This document shows, piece after piece, positions 36,864 through 50,791 of a DNA stretch of 64,000 bases. This DNA is from Kudoa neothunni. Its lineage: Eukaryota; Animalia; Cnidaria. Each line of letters opens with the position of its first letter. The stretch's first letter is position 1. Where the stretch lies: positions 4,068,490 through 4,132,489 of the forward strand of contig OZ199840.1 in the NCBI GenBank assembly GCA_964304625.1, given 5' to 3'. The notes under the pieces are model-generated. The model worked only from the letters and a program-made list of their open reading frames with translations. It had not been told where the DNA came from and ran no database searches. Position numbers and translations under genes: made by a program.

Positions 36864-37233
36864 TACATCCACCATTATGTTTATAACTAATAGTTACTCC
36901 ATGTCGCTTGCCTTAATTTTGTGTAATCCCAAATTTGGTGAAATACTCATAATTTTTTTTTATTAAGCTACAAATTTTTATAATAAATGTAAATACATCT
37001 TTAACTAGAATATTTTTTTGTCTTTTTATTGTTCACAAGATAAACACACTGGCGTAGTTTATTAGGCTGTGGAGTTCTAGCTGTTAAGACAGATTCCGTG
37101 ACTATAGTAGGCGTTGCAGCGAGTAACATGGAACTCCTCGCCTCTTCTTTGTTAATGTATTTGTATTATATAAGTTGTACTTACGTATGTTCGATAGTGC
37201 ACGATGGGACTGCGTAAAATGATCACCGTACAT

Positions 37234-38080
37234 CAAGGGTGGGCAAACTTTTCTGTCCGCGGGCCGCAATATTCAAAAATAGTCTGTTTATTAATGTTAG
37301 AATGCGAACAAAACAATAATTTTTTATTTTAAATTAATTTAGTTTAAATAAGGCTTTCATTGATTACGTTTTTTAAAAATTTTAAATACTGTTTACCCAA
37401 TAAGAAATTTTGGAGTCGCGGAGAATTTTATGGTGTATAACACAATGAAATGACATTGTACTATGCATTGAAAAGTCTATTTTGATTTTATTATTAAGAA
37501 ATTTCACAATACAAGAGTGTTTTCCTGAATGAAGGAACGCCATCATTTGTTATGCTGCCAAGTTTAGCCAAACATAAACCAAAACTAATTAAACTGGTTA
37601 TTAAATGGGTCGACAAATCTTTTTTCTATCGCTCCCCACATTTTTCAAACGCACATAAAAAGGATATTCAGAACAAATCTAGCTGCAGCAATAAGGAGTG
37701 AATTGAAGAAATTCTAATTGATTCGCTCAATAAAATTGTGCGAACTTTATAAAAAGAGAACCCTTTAAATTCTATCACAGTGGTTCTTAACCTTTTTTAC
37801 TTGCGGACTCCTAATGTGTTCAATGGACTTATCACGGACCTCATCATGTTTTAATGCATGATCCAATCATATATATAAATATTTTAGCCTTTTCATTCTC
37901 ATTTTCCATTTTGGGGACTGATTAAAAAATATTTTAAATCATTTATTTTTAAATTATATACAGTCGGCAACCGATTTTACGCACTGCGGATTTTATGCAT
38001 TTTTTTAAGGAATATCTTTGAGATTCATATTTAGTATGTATATACCAGGCATGTGGTGTCAGGGTAAGCAGTGTCTTTCC
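37234..38080 (+). mobile_element. Cluster of orphan transposon left ends (hAT at 37234 and 37778; Tc1/pogo-like at 37961)
   Basis: CAAGGGTGGGCAAACTTTT..CGCGGGCCGCA; CAGTGGTTCTTAACCTTTTT..GCGGAC; TA|CAGTCGGCAACCGATTTTACGCAC. No matching right ends found. Confidence 0.55.
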
Positions 38081-39363
38081 TGAGAATACAAAACACCAAC
38101 AAAAATTTGTGTATAAAAATAGTTTATATTTAATTTAATATTCTTATATTAATTTATATTCTTATTTTGTATAAAATAGAAAAAAGTTCGAAAAGTTTTT
38201 GAATGTATAAGCATAAACCAGCGCTGCCTCCAGATCCCCCTATTAATTCTACAGGAGCATCCAAAACTAGCACTTGTCGCATGCTCAAGTTAACACACGG
38301 CGTTCTATTGGCCACTCGATGCAGAATCTTTGCTGCCTCTCGAACACTCTCAGCTCAATATTCAACATCCAAAATTTTTACTAACTTTTTTTGACAACTT
38401 TTATTTTCTTTTTTTCAAGTATTAGTTAATATATTTTTTATCTTTTATTTATAGGAACACTAAACATTACATTTTATGTAGCAAATCATTTTTTATGATT
38501 AAACTTTAATCATTAATCTCTGTTTTGTTTAATTTAAAGATAATCGCAGGAATCATGAATAGTAGTGAATATCTTCAAACATTTTCAGGTTAAAGTTCAC
38601 TTCAGCTTCGTGCGATATTGAAACCACATGCAATCTCTATTGTTCAGATTCTTATTTTAATATTAGCATTATTTTTTCATTTTTGGTAAGTTTATCTAGG
38701 TTGTATCTACTTAGAACATTTTTAACATTATCTTAAAGACAGTATGAAGCAAAATAATTAAAAGTTAAGTTCTACATTTATTATCAAGAAAAACGCCTAT
38801 TATAGATATATATTTTTATATAATGTAATTTAATAAGTTAAAAAATACTGTAAATCATCTATTTTAGTTTATAGATTTTTGTACCTGTTTTTTATTTTTT
38901 AAAATAAAAGTTATATCTTTTTTCCACTAAAATTGTTTCAAATTATTTTTTTAAGTTAAGTTGTTTATAATTTTTGGGTTTTATATTTTTCATCGTGTGT
39001 TAAAAAAATGAATATCCATTTATTTCCCGTATAAGAAATTAATTTGTTTCTAATGATATCAACATTAATAAAATATACAAAATACTATTTAGTGAATAAC
39101 ATGCGTATTAACTATTATGCAATAATATGGATTTACTCAATTTATAGTTATATTAGGTAAACTTAATAATGTGACCTAATATTAAACCTCATGTTACATT
39201 TACTAATTATATTAAAGAGAAATATATATGTTTTTGATATTATAAATTACGCGTGCGCATTAATATATATTATAGCACATGTATATAAAATTTGGGCTTA
39301 AAATTATAAAAACAAACAATTATACTTTAATAATTAAATATTACACGTTAATTTTTATTAAAA

Positions 39364-39870
39364 CTAGCGGGAACTGCCCAGCGTTGCTTGGGGAAGATTT
39401 CGCATAGATACGTTTCTTAACAATACTCGAAAAATATATTTAAGCCTAAAATTAACCCATAGATGCAAAATAACTAAAAATTTGTAAGCAGTATACTTTA
39501 ACGCTTTGGATTATGAAGTTTAAATTATGTTCATTTCTTTGGTGTGTTCCAATCCTGGCGTTCATTTAAAATTTTGTGGCTCGGCACCAACGCTAAATAA
39601 GTTTACGACAGCATCGTATTCTTTTCATTCCCGAATTATTTAAATCCCGTTAAAGTGTTATCTAAAACGTTATTTTTTGGTCGGAGGATTTTTGAAAGTC
39701 GAATTCCGGCCTCGCTCGATAACTGTGTGTACCACTAACTTTTTAAGAGATAAAAAAATGGAAAAAGTAATAGAGATAGAAGAAAACGTATGAAAATTAA
39801 TTGATATTGCTAAAATTAATATCCTTTGGTCCGCAAAAACTTTAATGCGCTTTTTCTAACAAATAATTTA
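39364..39870 (-). mobile_element. Helitron MITE, second copy (3' part)
   Basis: Aligns with 12918-~13400. Hairpin CCCAAGC-AAC-GCTGGG followed by CAGTTCCCGCTAG|T on the minus strand. Confidence 0.8.
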
Positions 39871-41159
39871 AATAATCGGATGAAGTAACCATACAACCAT
39901 CTGCACTGAATTGAATCACTGAAAGTTCAACATAACGGACCGTTTCAAAGAAATCTACGGACAAGATACTTGCGTTATAGTGCTTCAACCTATCTGATTA
40001 TAACACGCATAACCAACTAAATAATAATGCAAATATTGACATTTGTTCGTAACTAAATCCACTAATAGAGTCTTCAATATGTGTTTATCAAGTCAATTAC
40101 ATTAAAACTCCTGATATAAGGAATTTATTTGAGTAAATAATAAAATAAACGCACAAATCTTATACGTAATGACAGATGGCATCGTTCAATTAACATATGA
40201 TAGAGTATATAATGGAGATAGTTAACTTCAACCGACCATCACCATGACATAAGCAAGCGCCAATCCTATAGTTGAGCTCATGTAATCCGATAAACAACTT
40301 TAAATCGACAAAATCACTATTTCATAAATACCTTTTGGAAACTTTAATGGTCCGAAAACAATTAAGCGATTTTTTTAAATATCGCAAATTTATAAAATTT
40401 TTATGGAAGTGTCTATTGGCCGGAACAAATTGTTTTTACCTGTTTAGGGGATTCTTTTTAAATTTTAATGAGTCAAAAAATTATTAAAATGGGTTATATG
40501 TTAATGTGAAAAAATAAAAGAATTTTGTCTTTAGGATTCTGTGATATAAGGCGTTACTTAGGAAAGACCCATCCTCATCATTATTGTAATTTATCGCTGT
40601 AAATGCTCTATTTTCTTCATAAACTTGTTTCACGTTTGAATGAAATGTTTTTATGATTTTTTATCAGTAAGAAATTTATTCGTTCCACGTATTGTGCAAT
40701 AATAATTTTCTGATATGATATATCCGTGCTATATTCATAGTTTTAAATGAATTCACTGTTTTAATCATGTTATTTGCTATTTTTAATATTTTTTAATTGA
40801 ATTCAACCATATAAATGGTTGTCGTAAACCCAAAACTCCAAATAGCGTCAAATGTCCGACATTGATATTTTTTATAATATCGGTATAAAATCACTCAATG
40901 TAAATAAATGTTGTGAATATGATTTTTTTATTTGAAAATGAATCAAATTTGTTGATTTATACCTAATTTAATGTCACCTAATCAGGACACTTCACATACT
41001 CCCTTATTTAGACTTCGCATACAAACTGAATTTTGACGGTACTGGTTGAAATTTAATGTTCTCAATTAAAATATTTAATTGTTATTATCCACTATAACAA
41101 TTTTATTCATATTTGGACCATTATTTTCAACGTTTAAAAATATAACTTTTTATTGGTGA

Positions 41160-42602
41160 TTTTATTCAAAAAAAGATGAACTTATTAGTTCAAACGTTTC
41201 AATTGACCGAATACGAGTTTTACGGGGAAAATACACTCAGGTTGAAGGTGAGTTGTATAATTGGATAGTTAGCATGCGAGAAAAAAAGAAAAACATCTCA
41301 AAATTTATAATTAAAGAAAAGGCGATGCTTATAGCAAATGATCTTCTAGCCAAAGATTTTCATTACAGTAGTGGGTGGTTTTGTAATTTAAAAAACGGTT
41401 CAGTTTGGAAAATCAAAAGCTTCACGGTGAGGCAGGTAGTGCGAATGTGATGGCAACAAATGAATGGATTGGACAATATTCGGATGTATTAAGTAATTAC
41501 AATCATGAAAATATATTTAATCTTGACGAATTTGCTTTTTTTACGAACATCTTCCCACATGTACTTATACAACAAAAGACGAAATCGAAGTGAGGGGTTG
41601 TAAACGATCAAAAAAAAGAGTGACCGTGTTGGTAACTGCATCATTGGTAAGTTTCAAAAGCCACGTTGTTTTAAAGGGGTGAATGATTTCCCTTGCAAAT
41701 ATTTCTCTCAAAAAATGGTTGGATGTCAGCAGGTATTTTCTATGAGATACTAAAAGATTTTGACAATAAATTTTTTCGAGAAAGTAGGAACGTTCTTATG
41801 TTATTAGATCAATACCCTTCTCATCCTCAATCAATTAATTCATTTACAAACATCAAATTATTTTTTCTCCCAAAAAATGCCACCAGCATTGTACGCATTG
41901 TACAGCCAATGGATCTCAGTGTTATTAATAGTCTTAAGGCAAACTACGGAAAAATAATGGCCCAAAATCTTATATTTGACGACGATGCTACAAATATTCT
42001 GAAATACACCATATTAGATTTCCTAAATACATTAAACAATGCTCGGAAACAGTTAATAATTCAGTTATAATAAATTGTTTCAAAAAAGCTCCTATTTTGG
42101 GTAGTGATATTTTTGTTGATTTCGAAATATCTAATATACACACAGAAAAATCATTAATTGATTCGAATTATGAAAATTATGAAATTATTGATGGTATTAA
42201 TTGTTGCTTATCTGATTTGATTATATTAGATGACCTCGATGATGTTGACGTTATGAAAGAGGCTGAAACTGTTCATAATGATACATTTGACAGCTCCAAC
42301 ACAAGAAAATTAAAAAATTCTATATGCACACAAGACTCTAATTTTGATTTGGAAAAAGAAACAACTATAAGCCTCGATCAACACAATTAGAAAGATCTTT
42401 CCAACCGAAAAACCTGCATAGATCACTTATACGAAATATTTAAAAAGCGAGAGAAACAAATTAAAATAGATAGCTATTTCATCAAAAAATACAAGTATTA
42501 TTTGTATTTGCACGTGCGCGAAGCCTCGATATTGCGAGTGGCCTTGCTATTGTGTGGTAAATTGCATTTCCCAAAAAACCTCCCTATATCGAGGCCCTAC
42601 TG
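41160..42602 (+). pseudogene. Decayed Tigger/pogo element (second family), left end lost
   Basis: Frameshifted LYNWI..SSGWF, KLHGEAGSA, FNLDE, LLDQYPSHP, VQPMDLSVI, NCFKK and PIP-like QIKIDSYF. Right TIR ..TATATCGAGGCCCTACTG|TA. Confidence 0.9.
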
Positions 42603-42676
42603 TATGTTCAATTTACAACTCGGGTGAACTCGTGGTCACCTATTAAAGATTAATACTTAATTTTTATATTTTAAAC

Positions 42677-43207
42677 CAGTGGTAGGCACTACTTTTGGTT
42701 CTGCGGGCCACATTGGCTCATTACAAAAGCTTGGAGGGCCGCATTGTTGATTAAATGTTTTCTGACATTTTTGGTACAATAAAAAAGTTAGTGTATAAAT
42801 TAATTTGAAAAAATAGAAATTTGGTGATCGGCATACTATTGCAAGTTTCGATCGGAATAATAGATTTTATCGCTTTTCAAATATGTTAATAAATTAGATT
42901 TTTTCAAACTCGGCGAATGTAATGGAAAATATGGATATGGTTCTTATTGCGTCAAACCTAATTTATGTATGAGTATCGCATCCTCATATGTTTTTCTGCT
43001 ATTTAGTTATTTTTAGATTCTTTTTGTTGTGAATTGAATCTCGTGTTCCATTCTTTCTTAAGTTTATGACGTGATTTCGTTTTAAAGGCGTATTAGATCT
43101 TACCTCATTCACGTTTACATATGATAATCATAGGTACGATGCAAGCATACGTAAAATATAGAATCAGATAATAAACTCGAACGCGGGCCTCACTTTGCCC
43201 ACCACTG
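42677..43207. mobile_element. hAT MITE, 531 bp
   Basis: TIR CAGTGGT(A/G)GGCA. Perfect 8-bp TSD TTTTAAAC (42669-76, 43208-15). GCGGGCC subterminal motifs. Confidence 0.93.
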
Positions 43208-43711
43208 TTTTAAACATATGTATGCATGTTTCTTCATAAATAAGAATATAAATAGACATTCATTTGACGCGCAGCAAAGGATTAAACAAATTTTCATTAT
43301 TTTGCACTGGAAAAAATTATTCGGAGTTCGAACACACTCTAGAACGGATTATGGTCAAAGTCCGAAGTTGCACTGTATGCGAATATTGAAAACGACCAAA
43401 GATTGCTCATATAAGAGCTCATGGTCCCTAGCTTGCCCATCCCAGGTCCCAAAAATGACCAAAATTGCACACTGTAATTGCGTAACCATTTCTAAATCCC
43501 ACAAAGAAATATCGATAGTTCGCTGCACAAACATCAACATACTTAAAAAGAGAAAACTCCGGTCTCTGAAAATTTTAATTTGTAAAAATATACCTAAATA
43601 AAACCTAGACTAGTTAAGGAAACAAAACAGCGCGATATGGACGAAAGCGAAAAAAGACAGTTGCCGAATCGAAAAAATATTTCATACAAAACAAACAAAG
43701 TTCAACAAAAA

Positions 43712-44131
43712 TCAAACTTTTTCACCACGAATGCGGCGAGCAAGTTGAATATCGCGAGACATGATGGTGACCCTCTTGGAGTGGATAGCAATGAGATTGG
43801 AGTCCTCGAACATTCCAATCAAATAAGCTTCGGTGGCTTCTTGGAGGGCAGACACAGCAGATTGCTGGAATCTCAAGTCTGTTTTGTAGTCTTGAGCAAT
43901 CTCTCTGACCAATCTTTGGAAAGGCAACTTTCTAATGAGGAGCTCAGTAGATTTTTGGTATCTTCTGATTTCTCTCAAAGCGACAGTCCCAGGTCTGAAT
44001 CTGTGTGGCTTTTTGACTCCACCCATGGATGGGATGGTTTTCCTGGAAGACTTGGTAGCCAGTTGCTTCCTGGGCGCCTTTCCTCCTGCTCCTCCAGTGG
44101 TCTTTCTAGCGGTCTGTTTAGTTCTAGCCAT
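43712..44131 (-). CDS. Divergent histone H3 variant, intronless, 139 aa
   Basis: Clear H3 sequence ([44 protein letters not shown]) with a 3-aa tail insertion and ~20 substitutions. Confidence 0.97.
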   Translation of the reverse strand: MARTKQTARKTTGGAGGKAPRKQLATKSSRKTIPSMGGVKKPHRFRPGTVALREIRRYQKSTELLIRKLPFQRLVREIAQDYKTDLRFQQSAVSALQEATEAYLIGMFEDSNLIAIHSKRVTIMSRDIQLARRIRGEKV

Positions 44132-44473
44132 TTCGTGCGATAACTATCATTGTAACCCCGCATGACCTTTTTATTGTTTGTTGTTTATTATTAGCGCTGA
44201 CCGCACGCGGCGGCGTTTTCGTGCTGAATTGTATTTGCGATGTTTAAGTTTATGGAAAGCAGAAATCGTATTTTTTATTGTAGTAAACTCTGTATTTATT
44301 AATTTCCAGTCAAAAAGATACACATATACAAAAATACATAAAATATATAAGAGTATAAATCGTTATTTCCGATACTTTCCGAAGGTTTTGCAACAACATT
44401 ATATAATGGATCGGTATAGCGGCAATTCACAGATTATTAATCTGTTATGTGGATTAGCGGTTTGTCACCAACC

Positions 44474-46756
44474 TTACTGAGGGCGATTGTCCATAGAAAA
44501 ATTTTTCATATAAAAAAGTATATAACTAAAAATCAATAAATAATGAGTAAATCTCACCATCACTAAAACATAAAAATAACTACCATTCACATTGTGAAAC
44601 AGTTTCAAAGGAAACTGGTAGAATATCTTCATCATCACATAGATACCACTAGAAAATAAATAAGAGCCCATTCTTGTCGGCATAATAGAGAATACTTGTT
44701 GATTGATTCTAACATAGGATAGGTAATGACCGGAGTGATAGGCACCTTTGTGTACAACGACACCATACAAAGTGTATTGAGTGCCGCCATTTTTTTCAAT
44801 ATCATCGCAAGCTTTAATGTCATTATCATCGTTATAGAAATGTTTGGTGGTGGCATCAATGAAATCTTTGAGATCGAGATGAAGAGGAAATTCAATTTTC
44901 GTATCGAGTTTTTTAACGCCATCGCCAAGAGTGAATCTCTGTAAAAATTTAGTATTACATTCAACTGATCGATTAATGGTGCAATAACTCACCTTCATAT
45001 GTAAACAAAGAATGGTGGGTAGTTTGTTGAGGGTGAATTTGGTGACTTTTTGCTAAATAACAACAAAATATCAATACCAGCGATAAGTAAAATTGGTGAC
45101 AGAAATCCCACATACCTGTTGGGAATCACAATTGTGGCAGTAGGTGGTGGATCCATTGCACATAGTTTCCTCCTTTACAAATCTATTTCAATCACCTTAA
45201 TCGTATCGACTGATAGTTTGATCAAGCATACGTTTCAATGCAATCATATAGATTAATGCTGTTTATTTTTTTAAGCAAAGAGTTTCCACTGGTGTCGCAT
45301 TTATCTATGAAAGGAACAACAATAATGATTTTAAGCAAACGTCTTGTTTCTACTTGAGGTGGTTTTGCGGTTATCATCAACCTGTAAACCAAGTGAGATA
45401 TCAATAAAAGGTTCGAATTTAGATGTGATATTTCTACAACAAATCAGTTAAGTAGACAACAAATGAACAATTACTTGCACGCCATACAAAACACTTTATG
45501 CGAATAGGATCCTTGAAAGATGTGACTTATGTTATCAGAAGTATCGAAATAAGATGGTTGGTTAGAGTAGGATAAATTAGATGTTGTGTTGGAGAGATTA
45601 GAGTTTTTCGAGCGAATGACACAACTAGAGTACAAGCAATCACTATTTAACAAACTCATCGGACAGTTAAATCCTAGATTGAGATTATAGGTGCATTTCT
45701 AAGCGGGAATTAGGTACCATAAATTTCGTTTCGAAGTTTTTCAATAATTAAAATAAAATATTCGTGAGCATCTTGTTGAGCGATAGCCAACGTTGAGTTT
45801 TTGTCTGTTGTACACAAAGCTCGCATCAGACTTTCGACATTGAGTTTGAGATCACTTTCATTGGTGATCACCTAATAATTCCAATAAAATCTATCAAAAG
45901 CTAGACCTCAACACAACAAAATTACATAGTGGAAAATTATTGTCAATAAACAGGTGATACAACTCTCTTTTGAGTGAGTACAGTTGTGGAAACCGGAGAG
46001 GAAAAAATGAGTAAGTGGAGGGGTTGCGAGTAGTATTTGAAGTACACAATTCAAAAAACAACTGTTTCCAATGTTAATTATTCCAGTTGGTGGTTTATCG
46101 ATAGTGACAAAAGGATAAAAAGTGTTGGGATTAGTTGGCTCGATTCCTTTTCCGCTTGAAGTAGCGCGATCGAAAGAATGTTCATGGAAATATTGGTTAA
46201 ATAGTTCTTCGAATAAATTTTTTTGTGTAAAAGAACAATCTTCAACACAATCCAACCCAGTATTGGTGGTCTGATGATAACTTTCACCAATCGAAGAAGC
46301 CTCGTTCAAACAATAAACGCACGAAACCTTCGAATCCTTCAGATTCATGCACAAAAAATGCCCTGATGTCATTACATGATGACTCCAATGATTTTCTTTT
46401 AGACTACCCATATAGACACAATCCAAACATAGATATAAGTCGTCAAATGACTCTTTTTCACAGAGATCGCAACATGTTTTGCATTTGCTGAAATCCATAC
46501 AATCTATCACATTTTTTTGGAGGACCTTAATATGGGTAGGGAGTTGCTGTAATTCTTGGGGTTGAACATGACTACAACTGCTCACGATCTCACGCGCAAA
46601 ACTCTCATCTATCGATATTTAAATGCGTTACTATCATTCATATTGGAATGTGTTTTTATTACCTATCAAATTGTTGCCAGTGGCACTGACAACATTCTCA
46701 GTAAAAGTAGAATTGGATATTAAACCATTTTCCTCTTTGCTGTAGTTTTGTTTCAT
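44474..46756 (-). CDS. Ubiquitin-specific protease, USP22/Ubp8-like (zf-UBP + C19 peptidase), multi-exon
   Basis: ATG 46756 (MKQNYSKEENG..) is spliced to a zf-UBP exon (CDLC..CLDCVYMG..H..H..CVYC). Cys box GIINIGNSCFLNCVLQ, QQDAHEY exon (~45765), His box YTLYGVVVHKG..SGHYLSYVR, WYLCDD, YILFY. Confidence 0.88.
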
Positions 46757-47015
46757 TATTTGTTTGAGATGCACAGCCGAAAATTCAACTAACTAATATT
46801 CAGGTTCGAATTGGCAAGAGAGTTATTTTCGAGCTGAAAAAAATCATATCATCTCCAAAAATAAATCCACCACCAATTGTCACTATTTACCTCACTTTAA
46901 ACTATCTTCTTTATTCACAACAACACAAAATTTGCACGATAACAACTGCACGATAATATCACTGTATAATGTAAAGGATTAAAATAACGATAGAACCACA
47001 AAAATTACATCTATG

Positions 47016-47215
47016 AGCCAATCAGTTTCACACAGGTTAAAGTGCTAGCAATAAACCTGCTCAGTCAGATCACAACCTTTCAATCTGCTATTCGAAGCTT
47101 TTATACCAACTATAATAGCCAATCAATCAGCTCACAAATCTACCACCCACCACCAGATTATGAATACAACCGATGATATGGGGCATGTATTTTAATAGGC
47201 TTCTATTGATTGGTT
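47016..47215. promoter_or_regulatory. Three CCAAT (NF-Y-type) boxes upstream of the USP gene
   Basis: AGCCAATCAG (47016), AGCCAATCAA (47117) and TGATTGGTT (47207), spaced ~90-100 bp apart. Confidence 0.45.
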
Positions 47216-50200
47216 TTGCTGATCGATCTCGTCACCTTGTTTGGATTGTTAAACCTTGTTATGTTCGGTTGGGTGGTACCAAATTTTTACACATTTATTC
47301 ATTTTTTTATCGCCTCACTCAACATAAATATCGCATATAGTGGATTAAAATGTTAAATCGATTACGAAATTTTATCCTTTTTCTACTTTTTAGTTGAAAT
47401 TCACGTCTTTCTGAATGTGTTAATGCGCCCTTATGCTGCAGTTATGCTTGATAATGGTTAAATTATATACGTAGAAATCTTTATGCGTCAGCGATCATCC
47501 TATCCATTGTATATTAATGCTGTTAGTATTGCCATCATTGAATTGATTGTCTATTTATTTATTATCTAATTTTTCAATGATTTATGCGTTGATGTAACGA
47601 TTTTAAAGTTTTTAATACGTAATATTCTACATTTCGTTATAATGAACAATAATGATGTTTATAATTAGATCTGCACCTTGTTATTTTTTCCATTAATCAA
47701 ACATCTATTATATTTTTATTTTATGTTGATTAATTCGAATTATTTCAATTGAAACTTTTAGGTTAATCTTCCTCTAATAATCGTCCATTTTCGTTATGTA
47801 GATTAAGCGCTAGCACCAGATTAAACACTCTGTCACTAGCTTTGTATATCGCCATTCACACCTTTTAAGTATTGAATTGACTCAATGCACTTTTTCATGC
47901 CCAATTCACTCGTTCAACCTCTTATTTCGCTTTTATTCAAACATAGCACCATTGAATTTTGATTCGCATAATTGATATCATTAATCACTATGGCTACGAC
48001 AGGATTGATTTAATCTTTTTTGTCTTATAAAAAACTTTATGACAAAATATATGATCTAAGTAGTATTATTAATGAGGAAATTAAATATTAGTGATATTAT
48101 AATTCTAGTCGGTTTATTCATAACGAGAATAATTATTTCATTTTTGAGTTGCGTACGCGTGTGAAAACTTTATATAGTTAAAGTTTATTATATTTCCTCG
48201 ATTTTTGGTATATGTATTCTTGTTATATTTAAATTTTAATTTGTATAAGCATTGAGTAAATTTATATAAATATTATAATATTTAAGCTTATATAGTCTCA
48301 CACTTTATCACTGGAACGCAGGGTTGTAAATAGTCTAGTTATAAGATGTGGTGAAAATTGAATTTATTCTATTGAATATTGTGATGTTTATTTAATTAAT
48401 ATTGGTTTTTTTTAATGTAGATATTATTGAGATTTATAAATTATCGTAATCGGTTTAAAGTTAACTGAAGAATATTTTTCTTATGTAACTTCTTTGATTC
48501 GACAATGTGCTGATCCATTCACATAAAGTAGAAAGTTACGAACGAAAATATTATTCTCAAATTTTATCATAACTTTTATAAATTATTTAAATACAGAAAA
48601 GATGTAATATCACAATAATTAATTACTTCAATATACATAATTCTCAATCTTGAATAATTATTTTTAGTTTCATATAAGAATATTGGGGTATTCGTGATTT
48701 AAATTTAGGAAGTCGCTATTGATACGATCATAATATCCAGGTAGATATAGTTTCGACTGTATTTAATTATTTTTGATCCATAATCAATCATAGAATATCA
48801 AATTTTTTTTCAATCACGCTTTTTTTGAAATATTATATCGAATGCACATTTTTATATAAACATATTTTGATGGTTGAGATGTTAGTTGTCCCTCCTGTAA
48901 ATGTGACTAATTGACTTTTCAATCATAAATTTTATCCTTACGATTTATAATTTTTAAGATTTCTTATTGATTTAGAATTTAATAAATTATCTAGATTTCA
49001 GTATAGAGACAATAAAAACTGAACTATATTTTTGAGTGAAATACATGAAAGTATTGTTATATAAAATCTATTTTTTCAGGTTTATAATCGATCTTGAATT
49101 AATTTTTAGCTTTCAATTGTTTTTATATGCAGTGGTTTTTGAATGAATCTATTTATGACATGATGCACGGCTGACACGTTTTTGTAGATTAAAAGTGTGC
49201 GTAGCATTTGTTATTCGATGGTTTATAGCAGGAAATAGATTTGGAGCTGTGTATTAAATATTAAACGATAAATTTTAATCAATATCTCAATATCCTATTT
49301 CCTCTTCATGAAAGTAGTTAGATATCAATTTCTATACTGATTCTTCCGACACATGTAAACTCCCTATTAATGTTTGTATTTCTTATTTTATAAGTTTTTT
49401 CTCGTCATATTTTTATTGTAGAATTTATTTTAATATACAAATTATTAAAATAGTTTCTAAAATAATATATTAAGTCGTTTTTTTTAGATCTAATTATGTT
49501 TTAGCCAGAACGTTAGTGTCACGACGATGTGTCCGACTCAATTAAATTTTTCATTACGTAAGCCCAAGTTCCCACATCCTCAAATGCCTTGGTTTTTCAG
49601 TAAATTTTATTCTCCAATTAATATCATCAATTAACTTTTATGATCTATTCATTATTAATATAAAAGTTTTTTGATTAACAAACCACTAATAGTCACTCAA
49701 ATTAGGCAATGTGAGTAGTGATGTTAGCGCACGCGTTAACGTCACTATTTATATAACAAGCAAGCTAAATCGAACTACAGCTAAAAAATAAATCGCAAAA
49801 ATATTAATTTTATAAATAAAATATGTGTGCGATACGTAACATCGGGGTTATAAATTAATATATGAATGGCGATTGTTTGCGTTATTTATTATTAAAAAAA
49901 TGCATAAAAAAGTTTTGAAAAATAAAACATTATAATAACTTAATATTCATAAATAAAAACAAGGGAATGCGATTTGTGATTTATGATAAATCATAAAAAT
50001 GATGTAAACAATACAGGGTTACAATAAAACATTGAATACTAAACATTAATTTTGGACCATGTTTTTATTTTTTTTTTAAATTATCGAAAAGACCAGTAAG
50101 TTTATTTTATTTAATTATTAGAATTATTTTAACAGCTATTTAAGAATTTTAATATATAAAATCTAATAATTTATAAAATTTAAAAGTGACAACATTTTAT

Positions 50201-50791
50201 TATCAAGAAAAAATTGTTTATCGTTATCACAACTTTATTAATTTGTTATATAAAAAATTTATAAACTAAAAATAATGTTTCGCCTTATGTTAGACTATTA
50301 TTTGTAGTTGTATATGATAGTAATAGAGTAATACTAACGATTTTAACGTATTTCAATTGGATATGCGCGTAACACAATGCGCACAAGGTATGTAGTCAAG
50401 TAGCTTTTATCGAGGGCGACAGAACAAGTACTAATGCGTAAATTTTATTCTTTTCTCTTAATAGTTGTAACAGAGTTCTTTGCGGTGATATTCAATGGAG
50501 ACAACATTGCACCACAACAACTATTACGTGATTAATAAGGATTATCTACCTGACTCGTAAAGGTTTCTCAATCCATCTCTGAAAAAAATAAAAATTTATT
50601 TTTTTTACTTATATGTTATTATTATTTTGCAACAGTCAAATCTTCTATTATATAGTAAAACTACTTTTTTCGCATTTATCATTAAATTTAAAAATTCTGC
50701 ACACAATGAGTTACTGACTATTGTTTAAAGATGTAGCAAGAATTTAAATGATTTATATTGAGAACAATATTTCCCACAAGGACATTCTTAA

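Noticed and set aside
43404-43419. AGCTCT-TATA-TGAGCA hairpin resembling a histone 3' stem-loop (minus strand)
   Set aside because: Only 4 of 6 stem pairs form, the loop is wrong, it lies ~290 nt from the stop, and no purine-rich downstream element follows.
43637-44143. 168-aa plus-strand ORF
   Set aside because: Antisense shadow of the histone H3 CDS.
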